A DNA stretch of 64,000 nt from Octopus sinensis (lineage: Eukaryota): the NCBI RefSeq assembly GCF_006345805.1, contig NC_043013.1, positions 48,236,001-48,300,000 of the forward strand, in the 5' to 3' direction. Under the pieces are notes generated by a model. The model had not been told where the DNA came from. It worked only from the letters and a program-made list of their open reading frames with translations, and did not search any database. Position 1 is the stretch's first letter, and every line of letters begins with the position of its first letter. Positions 37,975-51,103 of the stretch are shown here, piece by piece. The position numbers were made by a program, and so were the translations under genes.

Positions 37975-40130
37975 AATTGAAAATCAAGAGGAGAGTAGAG
38001 ATTTATTCATATCCAAAACTTTTCTGCAGCGATGTCCAACATGTTTCTACCGCAGCAATTTCACATCGCTCTTTATGTAATTATGCGTTCTCAGACGCTG
38101 CAATTTCATCAATTACGACATTTCATAAGTGAACTAATTCAAACAAGCTTCCGTCGTTGGTATTCAGTTGAAGGTGGTATCGTTACTTTTTTTAAATCGA
38201 ATTGAATTCTGGTCTTATAATCATCTCTACTGGTATTTACAGTTGAATCGTAGTTTTAAAATGTTTATTTATATTACAATTAATTGTAGCATTTTGTTTT
38301 CATTTTCATTGTATTGAGTACTTATTCAGAGATATTTCACTTATTTTGGGTTTATACCCTCAAGTAATATTATTGTTATTATTATAATTATATTTATTAG
38401 TATTATTTTTATAAATATAATTATCACAATAATTATTTTAACTAGTATAATTACTATAGATGGTAAGTTACGTTTCTTTAAATCGTTTAAACGTATATTT
38501 AATCCTGTGTGGACATCTCATAGCCTGTTCCTCTCTATGAGTAAATTTAGAAGTGAAAATTTGGTACATTTCTTCTACACAAAAGTCACATCTATTATCA
38601 CCTATTCCATAAGGTTTTGCTTTACTGATTATTTCTCAAGCAATCGAAAATACTTTGTAGCTATCTTTCAGTGCCCAAATTAGCTTACTAAGGTTGGTAG
38701 TATTCATTTTGTCCCTATTTCTAAACGAACTTAAATGTTTGGCAATTTTCTGCTTAATATAACATGAGCCAGCTCCTATATAGAAATACTTTCTATTCTC
38801 TGAGGTAATCTCACATCTGCATACGATATTTTTATGCCTACAATTAGAGTTAAGCGGACACACTCTGTTCCTTGCACAATCGCATTTCATAGCTCTACTA
38901 CTTCTATTACTATTATCCACTTCACCTACTCTAGATGTGATTTTTATATTCTCCTGTCTATCATCTAAGCTATTAGTCCTTTTCACATAGACAACATTCT
39001 GAGTACTTTGCTTTTTAGGATTTACATCTATTACTTCCAGATTAATTGTGGAGTTCCCCTGGGTCTCTTCAATTTTATTGGCTGTCAAACTAAAGTTCCT
39101 ATCCTGAAACCTAGTCGTGTTACTTATGGTTTGTCCGCTCATGTTGACATTGTTGCTATTTATTGATCTATAATTATTATTATTCTGGTTACTATTATTG
39201 CTATTGTTCATATGAAAACTGTTAAATTTACTATCGTTGTGTGCTACTATAATTTGTGCTAGATTTTTGCTATTACAGAAATCTAGTCTAACCCTATTTT
39301 TATTTAAAATCCTATAGTATTTACTGTCTTTTGGAAATTATTTAGTCAATGCCGAATAAAACAAATTTGGTATATTGGAAATTATTTGTTTTCTGACGGG
39401 AATTATATACCATTCGATATAGCTACAGGTATCCATGTTACTGAGGTATGTATTTCTATTTCTACTTAAGCTTTTTTGTAAAAAGTGTGTAATCTATTTC
39501 TCGGCATTGGGTTTGTTTACATTATATTTGTCAATTGTTTGTATATTATTATTTATAGAGTTTATGTGTTGTTGGTCTACTCTAATCTGAATGGGACCTC
39601 TTAGTAGGTCCATTCATTTCTAAGCTACTTTGTAGTTTATTTGGCAAACATTCAAGTAACTTTGTACTCATCTTTTTGTTTCTAGGTACTCTAATGTTAT
39701 ATTCTAATTGCACAGATTTCCTACTGTCCGTTCTGTTTGGTTAGTGGTATTTTTCCTATTATGATTATTGTCAATATGGTCCATCCCTCTACTTATATTA
39801 TTTCTACTATTACTACGGTTAAAAATTTTAAATCTTTCTCTATATTCTGCCTTCTCTAATGCGAAATTATAAAATTCCTCATTTAGTTTAAATACTTCCT
39901 CGTTCGCCGAAGGGTTAGTAATGCAGATTGATATATTTTCTACTATAGATCGAGTTATACTTTTTGGGTTATTGCTATTTTTATGAATGTGTCTAAGAGT
40001 CGTATTATATGGCCTGTATATACCTCTACGTAGATCTAAATTAACATCAAGAAAGTTAACTGGGTTATGTTCCTCTTCTATTGATATTGAAAGTCTTATG
40101 TTTTCACATATAAATACCATTCAAGTAATG
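37975..40130 (-). mobile_element. Penelope-like retroelement relic (RT C-terminus, GIY-YIG endonuclease, 3' terminal region)
   Basis: VNFLDVNLDLRRGIYRPY..; FPKDSKYYRILNKNRVRLDFCNSKNLAQIIVAHN; CDC..CPLNSNC..IVCRCEI..YFYIG..HLSSFR..LSKLIWALKD..KAKPY..RCDFCVEE. Confidence 0.88.
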
Positions 40131-40232
40131 AGGATTTAATTTGTGTTATCAAATATATTATAAGAAAATTCCACAATATATATGCATAAACAGTCCAATG
40201 AGTTTTGATGGAGAACAAAAAAATATAGTGGA

Positions 40233-40640
40233 TACTCTTTACTCTTTTACTTGTTTCAGTCATTTGACTGTGGCCATGCTGGAGCACCACCTTTTTAGTC
40301 GAGCAAATCGACCCCAGGACTTATTCTTTGTAAACCTAGTACTTATTCTATCGGTCTCTTTTGCCGAACCGCTAAGTTACGGGGAGGTAAACACACCAGC
40401 ATCGGTTGTCAAGCGATGTTGGGGGGACAAACACAGACACACAAACATATACACATATATATATATACATATATACGACGGGCTTCTTTCAGTTTCCGTC
40501 TACCAAATCCACTCACAAGGCTTTGGTCGGCCCGAGGCTATAGTAGAAGACACTTGCCCGAGGTGCCATGCAGTGGGACTGAACCCAGAACCATGTGGTT
40601 CGTAAGCATGCTACTTACCACACAGCCACTCCTACGCCTA
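40233..40640 (-). mobile_element. SINE family A
   Basis: Full consensus match. Confidence 0.88.
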
Positions 40641-40642
40641 TA

Positions 40643-41281
40643 CTTGGTTAAAATTTATTTGTACCACAATGAAAAAATAATACAATAAGATTCAGGATAT
40701 AAAGGAATCGGATCAACAAAAGAAATAAATGAAACAATTTTACATTTTTCAATCTGGCTTTAGATTTGAATTATCAGCATTCAAGCTATTTTAGATGTTA
40801 AAAAGTTTTTAAAAGTTTAGCCGGGTATCTTCAGGGATAGAGGTGTATTTTCAGGTGTCCAACAACGAAATAAGCTAAGTTGAGGACCGTGTTTCCAAAT
40901 ATTCAAACGTAAAAAATAATTTATTCGGACGCCGAGTTCATGTGAGAAGATATTATACATTGAAATTTTGCTAAAGTACTATAATATATTTGAAAATTAT
41001 ACATATATATATATTATATATAGGCGCATTAGTGGTTGTGTGGTAAGTAACCTGCTTACCAACCATATGGTTCCGGGTTCATTCCCACTGCGTGGCACCT
41101 TGGGCAAGTGTCTTCTACTATAGCCTCGGGCCGACCAAAGCCTTGTGAGTGAATCTGGTAGACGGAAACTGAATAAAGCCCGTCGTATATATATATATAT
41201 ATATATATACATACGACGTCACTTATATATATACATACGACTGTCACTTTTTCAATGTGATACAAATAAAGTTTAACCAAG
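40643..41281. mobile_element. Tc1/mariner-type MITE (TA TSD) containing a SINE A head (41021-41187)
   Basis: TA|CTTGGTTAAAATTTATTTGTACCACAATGAAAAA at the left end versus TTTTTCAATGTGATACAAATAAAGTTTAACCAAG|TA at the right end. Confidence 0.75.
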
Positions 41282-41327
41282 TAACTAATATATTTTTTCT
41301 TCTCCATTTTCTTTCATTAACTTGAAA

Positions 41328-41425
<98 letters not shown>

Positions 41426-41839
41426 TGCATGTTATGTATGTATGATTTTTCTTTGAGTTTATTTTAGTTCTTGAGAGTTCAAGCTGGTTGCTAACAAAGC
41501 GACAAGACTTTTTGAGTTAAAAGAGTTCCCTTTGTGTGTGGTTGAGTTGTGTTGGCTGAACGCCCGAGAGTGTGCATCTGTTCAAATTAGAATCTCAGAT
41601 GGAGAATTTTTGGAATGTCTTACATAACTTCACTCTACCACTAATAGATTGGATTTGGAGAATCTGTGTCAGTTTCTTTTGCTCTTTTTTCGTGAAAGCA
41701 GATGTAGCACGAAGTTTTGTCAGTGAACAGGTCGCGGTCTCAAAGCGATGAAAATATTTTGACAAATTAAATTTAAATGTTGAAGTGAATCTAATAGTTT
41801 TTATGTGTTTCTTAAATGGCTTATAAACACCTTCCACGC

Positions 41840-42200
41840 TGCAGATGCTTCTAGGTTTTTGTGAAAATTTGTTGGTACATAGTCTAATGTACCTACGAGG
41901 AAAGGTACAAATGAGAATTCATAGTCAGGGTACAAGAGCTGTAAGTTCTGCATTAATTCGCCATAAATGTTCTCTTTTCCCTGTTCTTTTGATTGTCTAT
42001 TCACATCCGCTGGGCATCTGACCTCTACAACAGTGCATGACTCTTGTTCCCGGTCCCACAGAACAATATCAGGTCTGTTATGCTTGCACCGAATTGATGG
42101 TTTTATTGGGGTATTCCACCTGTATTCTTTGTTTTCAAAGGTGTGAATACCTACTGGTTCTGACATGCCTTTGATGTATTCGTCAGGCAATCTTTCTGCG
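41840..42200 (-). mobile_element. RLE endonuclease fragment of an R2-superfamily LINE
   Basis: WNTPIK..HNRPDIVLWD..TVVEVRCP..KENIYGEL..VPFLVGTLDYVP. Confidence 0.8.
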
Positions 42201-42228
42201 GGTAGTATTGTAAATAGTTTTTACTTCA

Positions 42229-42628
42229 AGCACGCCGGGCGAAATGCGTAGCCGTATTTCGTCTGCCGTTACGTTGTGAGTTCAAATTCCGCCGAGGTCG
42301 ACTTTGCCTTTCATCCTTTCGGATGTCGATAAATTAAGTACCAGTTACGCACTAGGGTCCATATAATCGACTTAATCCGTTTGTCTGTCCTTGTTTGTCC
42401 TCTCTGTGTTTAGCCCCTTTGTGGGCAATAAAGAAATAGGTATTTTGTCTGCCGTTACGTTCTGAGTTCAAATTCCGCCGAGGTCGACTTTGCCTTTCAT
42501 TCTTTCGAGGTCGATAAATTAAGTACCAGTTACGCACTGGGGTTGATATAATCGACTTAATCCGTTTGTCTGTCCTTGTTTGTCCTCTCTGTGTTTAGCC
42601 CCTTGTGGGTAGTAAAGAAATAGGTATT
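42229..42628 (+). mobile_element. SINE family B, partial head-to-tail dimer
   Basis: Two consecutive body-and-tail copies. Confidence 0.85.
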
Positions 42629-43269
42629 TGTATGGGGAGACGAGTGTTATGTGTGTAGACACGTGTGTGTTTGCTTTATAATGTCTCTGTAACTTAACGA
42701 TTCAGCAAAAATCGAGTCAAACTTAATCAATCATATTGACTTTTGGGGTTAATTTGATCAATTAAGAAACATTCCAATGCGGTGTCCAGACAGTATCCAG
42801 TTTAAACCTTTTACATTCAGATGACTCTGTCAAATGTGAGGCTTGTGATTGTTTATTTTCAGAATGACTTTGTTGGGTAGGTGTGAGATGTTGGATGTGG
42901 CTGGTTTGAATATAAAACAGGTCAGATATGGCTGGTTTAAATACTAAGGGGTGAAAGAAAAGAAAAAGAGTATTTGTAATGGTGGATCTCCGTCGCTCGA
43001 CGACGAGGATTCGGTTGTTTGATCAACTGAATAATTTGTACCTGGATTACTGAGTTAGTGGGTGGTGGGAGGCAGGCCTGAGGGGGAGAAATAAGGTGTT
43101 GAGGTTACAGAGAAATTGTGGAGAGAGGAAAGTGGGGGGGGGAAAGCAGAGGAGTGGTGGACGGCAAGGCAATGGTGACAACTAGCGAGCAGGCAGTGGA
43201 AAATTGAAGTGGGGAGATGGATAGGGTAGGAAAGACATAGGTACCTGTACAGGTATCTGATACATAACC

Positions 43270-43407
43270 ATGGAGAAGGTTGGCGTTAGGAAGGGCATCC
43301 AGCCGTAGAAACTCTGCCAGATCAGATTGGAGCCTGGTTCGCCAGACCTCAGTCAAATCGTCCAACCCATGCTAGCATGGAAAGTGGACGTTAAATGATG
43401 ATGATGA
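43270..43407 (+). mobile_element. SINE family C 3' part
   Basis: GGAAGGGCATCCAGC..CCCATGCTAGCATGGAAA.GGACGTTAAA(TGA)n. Confidence 0.75.
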
Positions 43408-43618
43408 AGGATAGTAGAGGCAGGCGGGGCGGCCATTCATAGTTTGTAAGCTTCATAAGTAGCGGTGGAGGATGGGTCCGCAAAGGACGGACAGGAGTAA
43501 AAGAGATGACTGAATGGGCGAAAGATGGAAAGTAATCAACCAGGAATCAGGGTTGCAATTAGATGACAGCAAATACAGAGTTGGTATATGCATATATATA
43601 GCACACATATACACATAA

Positions 43619-44121
43619 ACGCAGAATTCTGTTTTAAGTACACCATATAATTCCTCATGACTTTCTGGGGTTTTTTTTGGAATTTTCAAAAAATTTTTGG
43701 GAATTATACGAAAAAAATTGTATATTTGATTTAAGGGTGATTCAACTGTTATTTTTAGCACATCTCACGACCACCTACCTTCTACGTTTCTTTGTCACTC
43801 AGACATGTATTGACGTTTTTCAATATTTTTTCTCCCCATAAACACATTGAACAGAATGATGATGATGATGTGCCCTATAAGCAAAAATCCATACTGTCTG
43901 TATTTTAAGCTCTCATTCTCATTTTTTTACTCAATTTACTTGGTTCAGTCATTTGACTGTGGCCATGCTGGAGCACCGCCTTTAGTCGAGGAAATCGACC
44001 CCAGTACTTATTCTATCGGTCTCTTTTGCCGAACCGCTAAGTTACGGAGACGTAAACAAACCAGCATCGGTTGTCAAGCGATGTTGGGGGGACGACAAAC
44101 ACAACACACAAACATACACAC

Positions 44122-44179
<58 letters not shown>

Positions 44180-44990
44180 TAGCAGTATCGCCCGGCGTTG
44201 CTCGGGTTTGTAAGGGAAATAACTACATAAGCATTTTTAGAGAGTTATAGCCAAAAAATAGCAAAAAAATGCATTAAAAATGGAAAAAAAATGATGGTAA
44301 ATTTTTTTTTAAATCGTTGACTTATCGTAGACATTTTTAGAGTTACTTCCCCTATATAATAGCGAAAAAAATGCATTAAAATCGGGAAAATGCATTAAAA
44401 TCGAAAAAAATGCATTAAAATCGAAAAAAATTATGGTAAATTTTTTTTTAAATCGTAGACTCATCGTAGACGCGCGCTAATACCCAGAAGGGCTCGATAT
44501 GAATCACGACTATAAGATACCCGGTTTTGGTTAAACTGCACCGCAAAATGTGGGAGTAGTTAGGAATCTAAATCGTAGAAGACAGACACACAACTTCACT
44601 TTTATATATAAAGATATATATATACATATATACGACGGGCTTCTTTCAGTTTCCGTCTACCAAATCCACTCACAATGCTTTGGTCAGCCCAAGGCTATAG
44701 TAGAAGACACTTGCCCAAGATGCCACGCAGTGGGACTGAACCCGGAACCATGTGGTTCATAAGCAAGCTACTTACCACACAGCCACTCCTCTATTTTTTA
44801 ATTTGAAAAAGAGTGGAATTTTTTGGATTTATGGGGAGGGGGAGATTAAAAAATTTTGAAACATTCTTTTTTCTGCATAATGGTATGAATTCCCATGTGT
44901 AGAACACAAATTCGCAAAATTTTTTTCAAATTCCAGAAAGTGAAAAAATTATGAGGATTTACATGGGATACTTAAACCGGAATTCCACCT
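43619..44990. mobile_element. Old TIR element with nested SINE A (43935-44790, minus strand), itself interrupted by a Helitron
   Basis: GAATTCTGTTTTAAGTACACCATATAATTCCTCAT (43624) is an inverted match to ATGAGGATTTACATGGGATACTTAAACCGGAATTC (44951-44985). Confidence 0.6.
44179..44614 (-). mobile_element. Non-autonomous Helitron
   Basis: Minus strand A|TC..hairpin..CTAG|T, inserted in the SINE (TA)n tract. Confidence 0.9.
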
Positions 44991-45076
44991 ATATAATAGA
45001 CACACAAATATATACACATACGCACATGCATACATAAGCACCCACATATACACAATGCATTTGTAATGAGTTTATA

Positions 45077-45473
45077 TAGGCGCAGGAGTGGCTGTGTGGT
45101 AAGTAGCTTACTTACCAACCACATGGTTCCGGGTTCAGTCCCACTGTGTGGCATCTTGGGCAAGTGTCTTCTGCTATAGCCCCGGGCCGACCAATGCCTT
45201 GTGAGTGGATTTGGTAGACGGAAACTGAGAGAAGCCTGTTGTATATATGTATATATATATGTGTGTGTGTGTTTGTGTTTGTCCCCCTAGCATTGCTTGA
45301 CAACCGATGCTGGTGTGTTTACGTCCCCATCACTTAGCGGTTCGGCAAAAGAGACCGATAGAATAAGTACTGGGCTTACAAAGAATAAGTCCTGGGGTCG
45401 ATTTGCTCGACTTAAGGTGGTGCTGCAGCATGGCCGCAGTCAAATGACTGAAACAAGTAAAAGAGTAAAAGAG
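45077..45473 (+). mobile_element. SINE family A
   Basis: Full consensus match. Confidence 0.88.
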
Positions 45474-45729
45474 TATATCTGGGTATACAAGCTGTAGTGT
45501 TGTTTGAAGCCTGTTTTTGACTACCCGATTACATTTTATTATTTATTGGTGCATTACATTTTATTTATTTCATTTATATAATTTTTGATTCCTTATTCTT
45601 TTATTCCCGTATGCTATATCATATTGTTTATATGGGATTTCTTCATTATATCTTTGTCCCTTAAGGAAACTCAGTGCATTACAATTACCAAAATGTTACA
45701 GAAATAAACAGCACAATAGCACCATCCGG

Positions 45730-45899
45730 TCCCTGCTGTACACAACTTTCTCTCACTCTTTCTTCTGTTGGCCTGCTCGCTTAGCCAGAGGGGTGGCGTC
45801 ATTTGAAGGCTAAAACAATGCGAAGCGCATTGTGACCAGCGACGTGTAGCAACATCTGATAGCCTGGTCGGTCACAGTGATCACAGTGATCACGGTGAT
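45730..45899 (+). mobile_element. SINE family D, 5'-truncated
   Basis: Matches 49712-49870. Confidence 0.8.
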
Positions 45900-45999
45900 A
45901 TATATATATAAATGTTATATAAATCTGCAACAAGAACTACTCAGATAAAAAAATCCAACAAATCTCATGTTTTAGGTAATAAACAAGGCAATAAAACAG

Positions 46000-46318
46000 A
46001 AATACTTCATAAAGAAATTTTTATTTAATCATAAAATGATCATTACAAGTAAAATTAGTTTTATAAAATTTGGTAAATTTCTATTTTAGTATGTTTTAAA
46101 TAATGAATCAAACAGTTGTAAAACTCCTGAAATGTAGTTAAAGTTTAGAAAGTAGCAAAAAACCGATATAGTTTCACCATTTCTATTAATAATGTCAAGA
46201 GTGTTAGTGCAATGACTAAGGCAGAATGCTAATAGAAGAACTTATAACAGTAATGATGGCTGCATTGATGAAGAGAGAGAAGGTAGAATGAAACTGCTTC
46301 AGTCAAAGGGTTCAGCAC
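46000..46318 (-). other. PSMD3: Candidate non-coding terminal (3'UTR) exon of PSMD3
   Basis: Minus-strand acceptor cttattgttttag|GTGCTG at 46318 and AATAAA near 46019-46024; fits the donor found after the stop in exon 51095-51181. Confidence 0.4.
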
Positions 46319-46814
46319 CTAAAACAATAAGAAAACATAATTAGTTGAATATTTGGTCAAAATAACATTTATCTTATAATAATAGTTACAGACCAACAAA
46401 CGGAACTCTAAGTGGTCAACTCACCTGCTAGAAATAGAAAGCAACCCTTTATATTCCACCCTAACATCTTCTAGATTAGGAAGGATACCAATATAAACTG
46501 GGTCTGAAAACAAGACCGAATGTCCTTTAACTCTTGAAGTTCTGTATCACAAATGATCACAATTGTTGCCAAGTCCTGTGGTTATTAGGGCCCCAAAAAA
46601 CAATAAATAAGCTCTTTTCAGAGAAATAAAGTTTTGCCTCATTTGAGAAAAAGGCTCATATTTACACCACATGTATTAAATTTTTGGCAGCTTATGAGCT
46701 GAATTTCTTTGGATTTTTTTTTTCTTTCTTTATTTAGTTTTTGACTCTCATAATATCTACTACCTCAAGAGGTGAATTAGAATTCAGTTATAGTATATTA
46801 ATGATTTATCATTC

Positions 46815-47112
46815 ATCATCATCATCATTTAATGTCCGTTTTCCATGCTAGCATGGGTTGGACGGTTTTGACAGAGGGCTGGCAACCAGATGGCTGCACC
46901 AGGCTCCAGTCTTGATCTGACAGAATTTCTACAGCTGGATGCCCTTCCTAATGCCAACCACTCCGAGAGTGTAGTGGGTGCTTTTTACATGCCACCTGCA
47001 CGGGGGGTCAGTCAGGCGCTACTGGCAATGACCTCGCTTGAATCTTTTTACACATGCCAGTGAAGCGACGTTGGTAACAATCACACTCGAATGGTGCCCT
47101 TTTACGTGCCAC
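46815..47112 (-). mobile_element. SINE family C
   Basis: Reverse complement of the family C tail and body. Confidence 0.78.
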
Positions 47113-49258
47113 ATTAATGATTTAATTAGAGAAAAAGGAACACAAACTTGGAGAGTGATATTTCGGTGTCATCTATATACACCCAGCATGGGATTTACAC
47201 AAAGATTTATCAATTCTGAGCAGGAGTGAAGTGTTTAAGTATTCAATCACTGCATCTATAATTTTGTTGGTTCTCTGCATACCGGTGAGTTTATGAGGAG
47301 AGCATAACTATTGTAATTTGAATAAATAACATTAATTTATTAGTGACGTGGGTATTTGAATGGAGGAAATGAAATCACATCCCTGAATGTTTTCTATAAT
47401 GGGAGTTGTGTAGCTTCCAAATTACAGGGCCTACTGGAGCACAAAGTCAGTTCTGAGACAGGAAATCAATGCCTAGGAATCAATATCTTGTAAGTATATG
47501 AGAAAACATGTAATCAACTTGGCTGTATTCAACCTCTCTTGGCTGGAGAAAAATGACATAACAGATAAAAATCAACAACAGCAATTGAAACCCACATTCA
47601 CATGCTACACCAATAACCATTTCTTCCTATGGCTAAATTTCACTGATTCATGCAGTAGTTATATTTTTGGGATTTTTGTACTGGACTAATTGCATTTCAT
47701 CAAAATTTCTAGTTTTTAACAAGATTAGGAGAGCTATATAGAGAAAGCAATACAGGAATGTAAGAGTTAACCATGAGTTTTGTTGGTCCTAGTAAATTTT
47801 GGGCTCAACAACAAGAATTAGGGCATGTCCACAAGAGGAAGATGACATCATCAGGTTTAGTTTCTTACACCAAATCATACATGTAACTTGAAAAAGTTCT
47901 GCTTCAGACTCATAATCAGAGAATTGTTTGCTAAAGTAATATGAATGGAATTTCTAATAACGGGTAAATTGCAACCTCTATAAAATATATTCGAGACTGC
48001 TTACAGCTGTTCACAAAACAATAAACAAACACAAGAAAAAAAAAATTACAAATTCCTTTGGTTAAACATTCGGTTGCAGTAATATCCTTTAGTTTGCTTG
48101 TGTGCTTTTTTTTGTATTTTATTTTTCTCTCAAACTCAAAAAATATATAATACAAACAACTGAATAAAGTTTTGAAAGATATTAATAGGAAGATGAAGAT
48201 GATAAATACTTACTAAATAAACTTCAACAAAATGAACAAGTAAATAAAAGTAAATATTTCTTAAAACTTTCATTAATGGTATTTACCATCGCATAGAAAC
48301 AGTGAGTTTCTGGTAAAATCCTTTTATTTAACAATCATGTCTTAATTTTGGTTGTTTTCTCCATAATCTATTTCTTACGCTTTTATAATTTTTCATACCC
48401 ATCTAAAATACGATAACCACAACTAAAATGTTTATCAAGTTTTCTTAGAGTAGAAAGGATTTTGTTTTGTTTTTCACTAATTTTTATCTTTAGCAATTTT
48501 GATCCATTTATCTAAATTACTCAATGTTTTGCTGTGCTTTGAACAAATTTTTTCCAACCAAGCAAATGTAGAAAATAAAATCACTTATGTTTTGATGAGG
48601 GGAATCTCCCCCCCCCCTCTCTCTCTCTCCCTCCATCCCTCCCCCCTCTCTCTCTCTCAAGATTAATTTGAACAAAATATAATTCTTTGATAAATATGTC
48701 ATTAGTTAAATGATAGAAACATTTTTTTATAAGCTGATTGAAGACCAATTGTTTGCAATGAATAAAATAATTCTTATATATATATAACTCTAAACAATAC
48801 ACAGTTCTATAAGAATTAAAATACAGTTGTTTTATCTTTGTTCTATCTGTAGTATGTTAACTGTTCAAAGAATGCAGCTCAAGGATTGTTTCTGTTTGTG
48901 CTAATGAAATTCAGGTGGAACAGGCAGTCAGTTCAATTTTTTTTTATCCAAAAAGCAACTTAGTGAGCACAAACCTAGAGAAGAATGTGAGATCAAGCTG
49001 AATTGAGGGAGACTAAAAGAAAAACCCAAAATAGAGGGCAAGAATTAAAGAAACTACAAATGTTGCTTAGAAAGCCAGCTTTCAACCAATGCCAAAGAAG
49101 ACTGGGCAAGAAAAGTAAAACTTATTGGAAGAAACAGGTTATTATTGCAATGTAATCAACCAGTTGTAAAATGAGAGAAGATGTCTTGAAAGAGTCTAGA
49201 CAAGACTGCAACCTTTTATACCTTGTATAACGGTCATTTTTCATAGCGTTTATCCATG

Positions 49259-49328
49259 GCCAGATAACTGAAGAGATGGTGGCATGGATTTCCCCCTCGG
49301 CATCCGAAACTCGGAGTATTATCTTGGC
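49259..49328 (+). ncRNA. Type I hammerhead ribozyme motif
   Basis: GCCAGAUAA-CUGAAGA-GAUG..CAUCC-GAAA-CUC-G-GAG-UA-UUAUCUUGGC: 9-bp stem I with one bulge, intact core, near-palindromic stem III, GUA triplet at 49316-49318. Confidence 0.72.
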
Positions 49329-49369
49329 ACATATTACATTTACAGATATATATATATATCCTCCTCCCC

Positions 49370-49475
49370 TCATCATCATTTAACGTCCGTTTTCCATGCT
49401 AGCATGGGTTCGACGGTTTTGACTGAGGGCTGGCAACCAGATGGCTGCACCAGGCTCCAGTCTTGATCTGGCAGA
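49370..49475 (-). mobile_element. SINE family C 3' fragment
   Basis: Matches 46815-46925. Confidence 0.75.
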
Positions 49476-49539
49476 GTTATATATATATATAACTATATAT
49501 ATATGTATGTATATATATAGATATATATATATATATGTA

Positions 49540-49571
<32 letters not shown>

Positions 49572-49573
49572 GT

Positions 49574-49870
49574 GGAGGCGCAATGGCCTAGTGGTTAGGG
49601 CAGCGGACTCGCGGTCGTAGGATCGTTGTTTCGATTCCTAGACCGGGTGTTGTGAGTGTTTATTGAGCAAAAACACCTAAAACTCCTCGAGGCTCCGGCA
49701 GGGGGTGGTGATCCCTGCTGTACTCTTTCACCACAACTTTCTCTCACTCTTTCTTCTGTTGGCCTGCTCACTTAGCCAGCGGGGTGGCGTCATTTGAAGG
49801 CTAAAACAATGCGAACGCATTGTGACCAGCGATGTGTAACTACATCTGATAGCCTGGTTGGTCACGGTGA
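49574..49870 (+). mobile_element. tRNA-derived SINE family D
   Basis: A box TGGCCTAGTGG and B box GTTTCGATTCC, then a body repeated at 45730. Confidence 0.82.
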
Positions 49871-49884
49871 TATATATATATATA

Positions 49885-50046
49885 TACAACGGGCTTCTTT
49901 CAGTTTCCATCTACCAAATCCACTCACAAGGCTTTGGTCGACCCGAGGCTATAGCAGAAGACACTTGCCCAATGTGCCATGCAGTGGGACTGAACCCGGA
50001 ACTGTGTGGTTGGTAAAACAAGCTACTTACCACACAGACACTCCTA
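49885..50046 (-). mobile_element. SINE family A, 5' half
   Basis: Consensus match. Confidence 0.8.
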
Positions 50047-50649
50047 TTAAATATTTTTCAGAACCTATCCACTAAACTGAGAAAGATCTTATCTACACAG
50101 GGTTTTACATTTAGGGAAAAGTGGGGTGTGAACCACAACATTTCCTGGTGGCATTTTCTTTTTGTGGGGTTAGGGTGGGAATTATTGTTCTCCTTGATTC
50201 TATAGAACGTGATTGTACTGTAAACAGCAAGTGATACACTGAAACACTCAAATAGCTTAGAGAAGCCATTGGGAGGAAGAGATTGAATAAGAACCTGAAA
50301 ACATTCTACATACACCAGGACAATGCATGACCACATACACATCATTGGTAACACATCAGGCAATTAGTAAGTTGGCCTGGTCAGTGGTCCCCTACTTATC
50401 ATGTAGCCTAGATCAAGAGCCTGCCAACAGTTTGGTTCAATGAAGGAGGGTTTTTGGTGACAACGGTTTGATGACATAAATGAAGTGAAAATGACTGCAA
50501 AGTAATGGGTACAAACAGTGCACACATGTATTTTTTTTCAAAAGGGATTTAAGAGCTGGGTTCACTGATGATGCAAATGCATCACTTGTGACAATGGCTA
50601 TGTTTGAGTAGTACCTTTGCATAGAGTAAGAGTTACTCTACCAACTTAA

Positions 50650-50869
50650 CCCTTTACTGTTTAAACCGGCCATATCCGGCCACAATATTATCCTTGTTTT
50701 ATGTTCAAACTTATGATATTCAGCCTCTCACGCCTACCCTACACTGTCATTCTAAAGATAAATAATCACATCATCAAAATTTTGAAGCTATGAGACAAGG
50801 CACAATTAATTCAAAACAATGTGAATAAATAGGTATTACATTTGACAGAGTAATCTAAACATTAAAGGG
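50650..50869. mobile_element. piggyBac-type MITE (second family)
   Basis: TTAA|CCCTTTA..TAAAGGG|TTAA; a degenerate relative lies at ~42800-42950. Confidence 0.75.
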
Positions 50870-51103
50870 TTAAAGCAGTTTGAATGACCATTGTCAGTTA
50901 ATAGAAAAATCAAGCCCACTTTTGCATTATCTTCTGTATAACCCAGCCCCTGCATGAGTGTGTGTGTGTGTACATAAACATACACATTTTTATATATATA
51001 TATAAAACAGTGATGATGAACATAATGGGAATAAAAAATAATCATAATAGTTATACAGAAAACATTGTCCCAAAATCTTCAGGGAAAATATTACCTTGAC
51101 TCT

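Noticed and set aside
49574-49646. tRNA-like sequence
   Set aside because: The acceptor and T stems do not pair and it continues into a repeated body, so it is a SINE head.
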